Shown: positions 53,964 to 64,000 of the stretch, one piece after another
How the letters are laid out: the number at the start of each line of letters is the position of its first letter
Position numbering within the stretch: position 1 is the first letter of the stretch
Assembly (NCBI RefSeq): GCF_006345805.1
Contig: NC_043003.1
Coordinates: forward strand, 36,084,001 to 36,148,000
Source of the DNA: Octopus sinensis
Taxonomy: Eukaryota
DNA length: 64,000 bases
Direction: 5' to 3'
The notes under the pieces: model-generated
What the model saw: the letters and a program-made list of their open reading frames with translations, nothing else
The model's database searches: none
Told to the model about the DNA's origin: nothing
Program-made: the position numbers and the translations under genes

Positions 53964-55388
53964 TTATATTCTCATGTCACATGTTTCTCTGAGTGACATG
54001 TTCATTGACATGTATGATCACGTGAGGCATTTGTCATTTGCGCTACGATGAGAATCGTATGCGTTTGCTGTGAACATACACCTCATATAAACGGCCATAC
54101 ACTCACATATTCTATACCATTTTACTCATAATTTACTCTAAATTCCATCATTCTTGCTGTGATCTCCTGTCACTCTTTATCACTCCCTCTCACGTGTTCA
54201 TGAAATTCCGTTCATTTCGTTGGTTCTTATTTGCTCCTTGTCTATCACTTTGCTCAGATTGTGCCAGCTTAAATAACACACTTATCCCTGCTATCTCGTC
54301 ACATATATCGCGCTGAAGTGGCTTGTGAACAATTACTGGCTTTTCAAGTACTGATCACCTCACCTGCTACGCCCTTTTCACAATCATCTGATGTTTACTA
54401 AAGAGGAAACAATTAGCTAATATTATTCTTTTTCTTCTTCTTCCGGCATATATTGACAATATTACATATGTCATCGGGAAAAATGACAAGGAAATATCAC
54501 AACAATGAAAATGAAACATGCGTGGCTATGATTGTGTATGGCATTCTATGTGTTTTAAACGCATGTGTGTGTGTATGTGTATGTGTACTTGTGTGTGTGT
54601 GTGTGCGTATTTCTTTTTTATTTGTTTAGAATTAAGGAATGGGTTGAGTATAGAAGATGCTGTAGCTAAACAAGAGAATGTATGTGTCTGTGTGTGAGTG
54701 ATTCTATGAGTGGGTGCTTAAGGGAAAAGTGTGAATAGATGAGTGTGCAAGCAAAGTGTCTGAGACAAACAAGACAACTTTATAATGAGAAGATATTAAA
54801 CAGATGTGGAATGTTCACTGCTAATTGCAATGCAAAATAGAAGGAACGATGTCAAATAGTAATATCAAGTGAAAAAGAAACAAGGTACATTGAAATTTAA
54901 TGCAGGTATGTGGACACACATATACGAGCGTACACATATACATACATGCATACATACATGCATACATACATACATACATACATACATACATACATACATA
55001 CATACATACATACATACATAATACGATATGAAATGCTGTGTATACATATTATATTAGATTTCATATATATCTATACATACACATATAGAGACAGCTTTAT
55101 CAGATAATGATTCGCACGGTCATTACTGAAAATTTCAAAGTCAGGAAGGCACGTGTCTAGTAGATCAGATGTCTATTATATAGCAAATATCTGAACGTGT
55201 AGATTCGATCAGAGGCTGACAAGAGTTTCAGTAGGTAAATCTTTGCAATTGACTGACTTATGTTGCTACGCAGTCCAGAAACACTGAATATGGTCTGCTT
55301 TGTACACTGAATAGTTTTGCTCCTTTTTGTGCATCTACCAATTTATGATTGAATGTGTGGGCGTCTGTATGTTTATATACATATTGGG

Positions 55389-55521
55389 TAGGAGTGGCTG
55401 TGTGGTAAGTAGCTTCAGTCCCACTGCGTGGCACCTTGGGCAAGTGTCTTCTACTATAGCCTCGGGTCGAACAAAGTCTTGTGAGTGGATTTGGTAGACG
55501 GAAACTGAAAGAAGCCCGTCG

Positions 55522-55577
<56 letters not shown>

Positions 55578-56055
55578 ATAAAACATATGCATATATATAT
55601 ACATATATATACGTACCAACCTCTACTGTATAATACACGCATATATGAGTACAGGACACCAAAAAAACGTCGAACAAGGAGAGGAAACGAAAACATAGAG
55701 ACACACACCAAAGGAACAAGGAATGGACATTTTCTAAACAGCAAAAAATAGAGTACAGGACAAATAACACAGGAAAAAAATTCCTTCTTCAGTCGCCATG
55801 GTTCATCTACTATACGTATGTGTGGGTGTGTGTGTGTGTGTGTGTGTGTGCGTGTGTTTGTGTCTGTTTGTCCCCACCCCATCATCCGATGCTGGTGTGT
55901 TTATGTCCCCGTAACATAGCGGTTCGGCATAAGAGACCGATAGATTAAGTACTAGGCTTACAAAGAATAAGTCCTGGGGTCGATTTACTCGACTAAAGGC
56001 GCTGTTCCAACATGGCCACACTCAAATGACTGAATCAAGTAAAAGACTAAAAGAC
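55389..56055 (+). mobile_element. Composite SINE (B + microsatellite + C), copy 3, with nested P3 insert
   Basis: Head 55389-55521, (TA)n, insert 55612-55817, (GT)n, tail 55856-56055. Confidence 0.85.
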
Positions 56056-56076
56056 ATACATAGACACACATGCGCG

Positions 56077-56128
<52 letters not shown>

Positions 56129-56682
56129 AATATACACAAACACAAACACAGAGCGGTAGGTAGGTAAGTAAGTAGGTAGGTAGGTAGGTAGGTAGGTAGG
56201 TAGGTTGGTTGGTAGGTAGGTTGGTAGGTAGGTAGCGTAAAGACTCATGGCTATAATAATGTGGATTCAAATACAGTACCCTTCATTTTCCGTTTCTCAA
56301 GCCTATTCAGAAGAAAAGGAAAACCAGCCGGGTACTGGTGCACTTCTATTTCTTGTGCCAAATTAATATATTGTTATGTATATGGATATGTTTATGTTTA
56401 CTTCTCCCATACAGATTTTACTCTCTTCGCACACTGACATAAACATATAACTTAAATGTTAAAATGCACGAAAAATATAATCTTTCAATTACTTGACAAC
56501 CCTAAATCAAAATATGCGCACAGGTTCACATTTTTCCTTTTCCTTCTGTCCATAAACCGCTTATGTTATCCTAACCTTAAAAATACAACAGTTTCTTCGT
56601 TTCAAATACAGTTGTGATCAACCACTCATTCGATAAACTCGAGTAGACTGCTATGTGTAGATATTAGGGTCAGATATTTTAA

Positions 56683-57365
56683 GGCGGTGAGGTGTTAGAA
56701 TCGTTAGCACGCTGGACGAAATGCTACAACGCATTTCGTCCACTTTCATGTTCTGAATTCAAATTTCGCAGAAGTTGATTTGGCCCTTCATTTTTTTTTT
56801 GTAGTCATCAACATAAAGTACCAGTTGAATACTGTTGTCGATGTAATCGACTTACCCCGTCCTCCCAAATTGCTGTACTCGTGCCAGCATTTGAAATCCT
56901 ATTTAAGCCGATGAGTCAGTTATATCGGCAGTATCAGCAGCACGCTGCAAAAGATGTTTGGTCACATTCTGTCCGTCATTACGCTCTGAGTTCGAATCCC
57001 ACCGAGATTGACTTTACCTTTCACCCTGTTCGGGCTCAATAGAATAAGTACCCATTAGGTACTAGTGTTGATGGAATCAATTAAAACCATCTGACATGAA
57101 TATTCAGACCTTTTGCCTGCAGCAGAAAAAGATATTGGTTTCAAATTTTGGCACGAGGTCAGCAATTTTAAGGGAAGAGATCAGTGGATTACATTATATC
57201 GATCCTAGTACAAAAGTGATATTTATTTTATCTACGTCGAAAGGGTGAAATGCAAAATCGACCTCGGTGGTATTTGAACTCGGACTGTGAAGTCGTATGA
57301 ATAGACGCGAAGCATTTTTCCACTGGACAAACGATTCTGGAAGGTTGCCGCCTTATAGTAGAAAG
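56683..57365. mobile_element. Three adjacent family A SINEs (+,+,-)
   Basis: Copies at ~56683-56900, ~56910-57125 and inverted ~57140-57365. Confidence 0.75.
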
Positions 57366-57486
57366 AAGATTATAAACATATTTGTATACTCAATCTCGCT
57401 TACTTGGTTCTGCATAGGAGAATATATGCCCTATATATTATATACATTTATCTTTATTTTTACATTCCTTACATCATTAGCTGTTT

Positions 57487-57528
<42 letters not shown>

Positions 57529-57539
57529 CATAGATCACC

Positions 57540-57698
57540 TACTTGTTTCTCTATTTGTTTCTTTCTGTGTTCCTTTCTGTAGAAGAGCGTAGGCTCGAAA
57601 TGTAAAAGACTTTTTCAATTCCTGAGCGTTATACTAATACATCTGTGTGTTTGTACACCACCTGTCTTCGTCTTTTGTTTTTTTCGTGAACTCTTCCT
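57540..57698 (+). mobile_element. Penelope-type terminal repeat (P2), solo copy in (TA)n
   Basis: Homologous to 33633-33790; (TA)n on both sides. Confidence 0.65.
57573..57608 (+). ncRNA. Variant minimal hammerhead-like motif
   Basis: CTTT-CTGTAGA-A-GAGC-GTAG-GCTC-GAAA-TG-TA-AAAG: perfect stems I and II; TG may be CpG decay of CG. Confidence 0.55.
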
Positions 57699-57722
57699 AT
57701 ATATATTATATTATATATATAT

Positions 57723-57770
<48 letters not shown>

Positions 57771-57819
57771 CACATATCTATATATATGTATGTATATATA
57801 GATATGTATATATCTATAT

Positions 57820-57880
<61 letters not shown>

Positions 57881-58794
57881 TATACATAGACGTGTGTGTG
57901 TACATGTGTGTGTGTGTTTCTGTGCATGCGTGTGCGCTTGTGTATGTCTTTGTATCCATCCGTATATATAGGATGAATGTCTCTATTCCATAGAAGCCTG
58001 AGCATTCAGAAGCTTCGTAAAGAATTCCATACTGCAAGACATAGAGTTAAATATAGGAATTCATGAATGCATTAATTTAGAGATCTATGAATCTCATTCG
58101 ATCATTTTGATCTCAGAATTAACGAGAGAAAAATTCTGTATGTGTGTTGATAACATGGATTAGAATTTAGAAAGAACTCAAAATAGGAGCTGAAAGCTTC
58201 AGAAACATGAGGCGAATATATGCAACATTGCTGATTTTAAATTAAAATTATAGCCGTTATGGACCTTATTTGGGATCATATCTACCGTTTGAGTTTACCA
58301 TTCTACGTTAGAGATAACGAATAGGGGAAAAAGATTAATTTCAAGAAAAACAGAAGTAAACTTAACCACAGTGCACAGCGATTGCAAGATCTTGCAAATA
58401 TTTAGAACGGATATCACAGAAAGATCAGAGATTCAAATGCAATATGAATTCTATAAAAGATAGGCAAGGAAATGAAATTAAAGGTCGTATAAAACTTAGA
58501 ACCTATGAAGTAATAGATATGGTAATCGAGTAGAGAAGATTAGAAGTTACAATATTGAGTCATAAAATTATGTGTGATTAACTTTACTAGCGAAAGATGC
58601 TGCAATAATCGTTTAAAAGGGTAAAATAATACCATGAAGAAGCAGGTTCTTAGAAGGTGCCGAAAACAGATTTTAGATGATTTTGAGTGAGGTTGATTAC
58701 AGTAACAGTTACGGAAAAAGTGATGAGACAGTGACAAAGGTATATAAGTTGCTCAAGATGCAAGCAGTGATTGACAGGAGCAGAATGACTCTCG

Positions 58795-58952
58795 TAAAAG
58801 ACATGCGTTAGGAAAGGAGCGCGCAATCATATATTTACGCAACAAACATATATATACGTGGTGTCTTGGGCAAGTGATTTTTACTATAGCCCCAGATCCT
58901 GTAAATTTCTTTAAGTAGATTTGATAGACAGCAACTGAAAGAGGCCCGTCAT
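58795..58952 (+). mobile_element. SINE head B, degenerate
   Basis: TCTTGGGCAAGTG..ACTATAGCC..GCAACTGAAAGAGGCCCGTC. Confidence 0.6.
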
Positions 58953-59046
58953 ACAAACATACATCATACATGCGTCTGTTGATAATATATATATATATAT
59001 ATATATAGATATATATAATATATATATATATATTATATATAATATA

Positions 59047-59086
<40 letters not shown>

Positions 59087-59369
59087 TACATATATATACA
59101 TATATGCATGCATACATTCATTCATACATACAAACGTACATATATACGTACGTGAGTACAAGCATACATACATATATACATACATACATAAATGTTAGTG
59201 TGTGTGTACATCACTGCTCGTACGTATGTATATACACTTATGCATGTATCTATGTATGTATGTAAATGTATATGTGTATGTGTGTGTATGTGTGTGTCTA
59301 TGTGTGTGTCTGCGTGTTCAAATATAATTAGACGCAGCGTTTCTAAACATTGTCTCCCATCTCATTCAG

Positions 59370-59404
59370 GAATGATGTATGCCGATATTTAACATTTTCC
59401 GAAG
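59370..59404 (+). CDS. Candidate 35-nt internal exon of an unidentified gene
   Basis: Acceptor ttgtctcccatctcattcag, donor AAG|gtgagt; one open frame NDVCRYLTFSE ending in phase 1. Confidence 0.45.
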
Positions 59405-60316
59405 GTGAGTTGTCTCACCTTTGAGGTGTTTTAACAGCGCAATGACAGACCCTATTTTCAGGAAACTTGCAAAAAAACCCCAAAAAAACATATACATTGA
59501 GTATGTGGTCGATAATGTTTTCACTGGGACTGCTTTTAATTCGTTATTGAATTACTTCTTACAAATAGTCATCCTCGAGGCGCACCAGAAAATTGTTTAT
59601 ACACTATTTATATATAGTTATAGACTGGTGATTTGATTCGTCACCAAAATGGTGAAACATCAGTATCCGTCACTTCTGAATGGAATCGTAGGCTAGTTAT
59701 CTCGCCTTTCGATGACTTTCAGGTATTTTAACACCCAGTGCAATGGAGAAGACATGCCCCAAGCGCTATATTGCAGCAAACCGGCGAATATATCTGTATA
59801 CCGTATGCAAAAATGGTTAAAAGATTTACTCGACCACGATCTTATACCAGTCGATTCAGTAGTATGTTATGTCAAGTAATGTCATTTTCATTGACCTCGG
59901 ATTGACCCATACCACATTAATAAAATTTGGCCGAGGGACTTTTAGTCTGTCTCCTATTTATATTATGTCTTTTATTTTTTATTTTTTGTTTAACAGAGCA
60001 CGCTTATAAGAGTTTTTTTTTTTTTACCGCGGATGAAAACTGCTATATTATGTCTATCATAATATATGTGCATATGTGTTAAGTAGGGTACGTTGATGGA
60101 TATTCCAGTTTCATATTTCTATTGCGTACGCCGGGTATTTCAATTAGCTTAATACTTATATAGTTTTTTGATTTAATCCAGAGAGTTTTATCCAACATTT
60201 TTAATATTTCGTAACATTTCTTAGCATGTTTTGCAACTCTCATTATTATAGTTGTTGATGGTCGTCTTTTTTTGGCAATAAACACAAGCGCTATGTGATC
60301 TTCACTTCATTATTAA

Positions 60317-60399
<83 letters not shown>

Positions 60400-60428
60400 A
60401 CATCATCTATTATTATTATGGCATTCAG

Positions 60429-60554
60429 ACGAGGAAGCCACGCTTGACCTCGGCTCCGTATTTGTTTTCGAAAATCGTCAGTTTTCTCCAGAAAATAGCG
60501 GTGCTTTCCTGTCATTTTCAACCAGGGTGGAAATAAGGGATCCTCTTTCTGCTG
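60429..60554 (+). CDS. Candidate 126-nt internal exon (phase 1-1) of an unidentified gene
   Basis: cag acceptor at 60428, donor CTG|gtgagt; open frame DEEATLDLGSVFVFENRQFSPENSGAFLSFSTRVEIRDPLSA, phase-compatible with 59370-59404. Alternative in-frame acceptor at 60491. Confidence 0.5.
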
Positions 60555-60989
60555 GTGAGTTCCGTTTTTGTTAAAAATCCTCCATTTTTTTTTTTTTTTT
60601 TTTTTTGTGGGAGGAGGCTTATGCATTTTATTATTCCACTAATCCATTTTATTATCCACTTTTCATTCGACGTGGAAAATTTAGAATTTTGGCAGTAATA
60701 TGTAGTTTCGAGGGAGATTCAGTCATCGATGAAAGAGTGGGAGAAGCAGAAGAGTGTCTTGCTACAAAAATGAGAGAGAGCGACATTTCGTCGCCTGTTT
60801 GCGTGACTACTAGACAAGCAAGCAGGCAAAAAAAGATGACCATCCCAAACACAAACAACAACTCCGACACCACCGCCATCATCACCTCTGCTACTACCAC
60901 TATAAACAACAATAACAAAAATGACTGTGGCAGCAACAACAACATTAAAGCTTTAACAGGAGAGACAAATAAGCAGTACTACTACGATG

Positions 60990-61375
60990 TGTGGAGGCGC
61001 AATGGCCCAGTGGTTAAGGCAGCGAACTCGCGGTCATAGGATCGCGGTTTCGATTCCCAGACCGGGCGTTGTGAGTGTTTATTGAGCGAAAACACCTAAA
61101 GCTCCACGAGGCTCTGGCAGGGGATGGTGGTGATCCCTGCTGTACTCTTTCACCATAACTTTCTCTCACTCTTACTTCCTGTTTCTGTTGTACCTGTATT
61201 TCAAAGGGCCGGCCTTGTCACTCTCTGTGTCACGCTGAATATCCCCGAGAACTACATTAAGGGTACACGTGTCTGTGGAGTGCTCAGCCACTTACACGTT
61301 AATTTCACGAGCAGGCTGTTCCGTTGATTCGGATCAACCGGAACCCTCATCGTCGTAACCGACGGAGTACTTCCC
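60990..61375 (+). mobile_element. tRNA-derived SINE, family D2
   Basis: A-box TGGCCCAGTGGTTAAGG (from 61003), B-box GGTTTCGATTCCC (61046-58); tail shared with 44587-44907. Confidence 0.88.
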
Positions 61376-61767
61376 ACTACTACGATGTTAATGAATTCCT
61401 CCCGTTAGGAAGTAACAACGACAGGAACAACACCAGCAGCAAAAAAATATAATCAGTAACAGTAACGATAAAATCAACCCCTTTGCGGGAGTAACAAAAT
61501 CGCAGCAGCAAATCTCCCTGGAAGGAAAACATGCGTAAGTGAGAGAAGCAGAAAAATTCCTCAATAGAAGACATAGGAAAATCAAGCTTACTATTCCTTC
61601 AGATTTGATGGAGAAGACGGCCAAAAGGACCATCGTATACAGATGTGTGTCGCTAAAGACGAGGAAAATCTTCAATGCGTCACACATCCAAGTAGAAAGT
61701 GGAGACGGTCGGCACTATCCTAGAGGAATCTGAGTCAATTGCAGGGGCTAAAATCAACACCGACAAC

Positions 61768-61852
<85 letters not shown>

Positions 61853-61854
61853 TA

Positions 61855-62070
61855 AGGCGACGATTTGGCAAAATCCTTAGCACGTCGGGCAAAAAGCTTA
61901 CTGGTTTTTGATCCGTCTTTATGTTCTGAGTTCAAATTCGGCCGCGGTCGACTTTGCCTTTCATCCTTTCGGAGTCGATAAATTATGTACAACTTGAGTA
62001 CTGTGGTAGATCTAATCGACTGCTCCTCTCCCCCGAATTTCGAGCCTTTCCTTGTGCCTCGAATAAAAAG
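61855..62070 (+). mobile_element. SINE family A between (AGT)n and (ATT)n tracts
   Basis: GAGTTCAAATTCGG..GTCGACTTTGCCTTTCATCCTTTCGGAGTCGATAAA. The central domain resembles the Meta-type SINE domain from memory (unverified). Confidence 0.85.
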
Positions 62071-62120
62071 ATTATTATTATTATTATTATTATTATCATT
62101 ATTATTATTATTATTATTAT

Positions 62121-62166
<46 letters not shown>

Positions 62167-63539
62167 TGTATTCTGTTTGTCAAAGTTACTTTCGCCACAT
62201 ATTTTGTGATCTTTTCAGCGACATTCTGTCCATCGTGTCTCCTCTTTTCTCTGGGCTTCTCCAGTCCATTCCATTTTGTCTTTCTGTAGTATGTATCCCT
62301 GTCTGCGCATACGTTTCCATCTATATCCGCGTCTATCGGTATATGTTTAGTATGTGTACGTGTGTTTTGTTGTGTACGTGTATACGGATTTGTATATTAC
62401 ATTATTTGTATCGGTGTCTTTTATTCAATTTTGCAACTCATATTATATATATATATGAGCGCCTCCGGGGTGGAGAGCTTGAGATATTTTCCTGAAACCA
62501 TATTTGTTTATCTATGGTGACGAGCGATGAAATAATCAGCATGACATTGAACAAAAATGTCCTTTGATATCTGGTTTTGCTGATTCCTACTGAGCACTTC
62601 ATAGGTTTTCATTACATCGTTGAATTAATATCATCGAGTGACGACTTTTTCAAATGCATACTCACTAATGTGTTCCTGCGTATTGTTTTAACTCAATATT
62701 TTAAATTTCTGTTGCTTGCTTTGGAATTTAAATTGAGTAATGAGTATTTTAACGCATTTTTCCAGAAAAAAAGTGTTTTTTATAATGTACTAATTTTAGT
62801 AATATTTTTTCCATGTACTGCTATCATTTACTGCTCGCTATTTTTGTGCGAAATTATAGTAATTGGAAGTTTAAAGAAATTTAAATTATATTCACTTTTG
62901 TAAAAACTGCTTCAGTTTTCACTTCGGGAATCACTGCTGATATATCCTACTGCATAAAACACTATACTGCATAAACCACTATACAAGGCTCTTAGAATTC
63001 TATCCAACATGTTTCTGTTTATGAATTGTTCTGCAGACAATATTGGCTTGTTATGTAGACCCACGATGTTACAAAAACAAACATTTTCACAAAATATTTA
63101 AAAAAATGTGATTGAGTACGGAATGTTACTTGCCGCCAGTACAGAGCATGTGTAAAAAAAATAATCCACAGATTGCTGAATTGCAATTTTGTGAGGTATG
63201 TCATATTTGGAGTTTCTGTCTGAACATCTACTTTTCTTTGCAAGACATAGTGTTGACATCCATTGCATTCATTAAAACATGTGTCAATTTGCATTGTCAG
63301 TCATTTCTATTATAGATTATTGCTTTGTTGTTACTTATTACCTTTATGAATACTTTGGATTATTTAAAAGAAACTGATGATCTTGTCTATAGAAAGCTAC
63401 CTCTGCATAATTTTATAACGAAATATTATGTTTGCCTTTGGGTTGCATTTGCAAGCCTCTTCATGTAAAATATTATGCTGAAATTGGTTTTGTTGCATTT
63501 TAAGAGTAATATACACATGCAGTGGTACTATTCCAATTT

Positions 63540-63687
<148 letters not shown>

Positions 63688-64000
63688 GGAACACCGGGGG
63701 ACGTTTAAGAGTGAACACCGGGGGACGTTTAAGATGTAAGAAGGAAAATTCAGAGCTCCGAAATCTATCCACAAACATCGAAAACAAGAACATCCTATAG
63801 AGCCAAAGTTTTACTAACAAAGAATTGGACTGTATCCGAGTAAGTAATACTAATTGAAATTTATTACTATTTTCGAAACGAAATGATGTATTTTGACTCG
63901 ATATCATCTCCACCTCTAACGCAACACATGTAAACATGCGTGGAACATCACGATCATCCCCGACCCCAAACACCATGTACAAAGGAACTACGAAGAAATT
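63688..64000 (+). mobile_element. Possible decayed R4/Dong-like LINE 5' ORF region running off the window
   Basis: Starts right after (TAA)n. NIL*SQSFTNKELDCIR weakly resembles the recalled N-terminal NIL...FT..EL..IR pattern. Tentative. Confidence 0.3.

Noticed and set aside
58000-58500. Ancient LINE remnant (IKDRQGNEIK)
   Set aside because: Only one short weak motif; cannot be assigned.
60120-60150. Helitron-like 3' end CGCCGGGTATTTC
   Set aside because: No CTRR terminus and no hairpin.

Overview
AT-rich, repeat-saturated animal genomic DNA. The SINE families and the extreme (TA)/(CA)/(TAA)/(GATA)/(ATGT) microsatellite density point to a coleoid cephalopod, most likely Octopus (inference from recalled repeat families, not a database match). 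No complete protein-coding gene is present, and nearly all ORFs in the track are translations of microsatellites. Recognisable content: a near-full-length decayed Tc1 (6.9-8.2 kb), a deleted mariner D34D (9.2-10.0 kb), a rosa/DD41D-type element (30.0-31.0 kb), a 400-bp non-autonomous Helitron plus an orphan Helitron 3' end, two Tx1/L1 fragments, a Penelope RT fragment and several Penelope-type termini, an R4/Dong-like LINE fragment, a (TAA)n-associated non-coding retroelement (4 copies), and about 20 tRNA-derived SINE copies from 3-4 families. Two phase-compatible candidate exons near 59.4-60.6 kb suggest the window is largely intronic to a + strand gene. Best leads: minimal hammerhead-ribozyme folds in Penelope-type termini (one pair shares a non-canonical CUGUAGA core), a tRNA-like head joined in inverted orientation to a hammerhead tail, and different element classes each sitting in their own microsatellite motif. 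Element boundaries were read by eye and are approximate unless termini are quoted.
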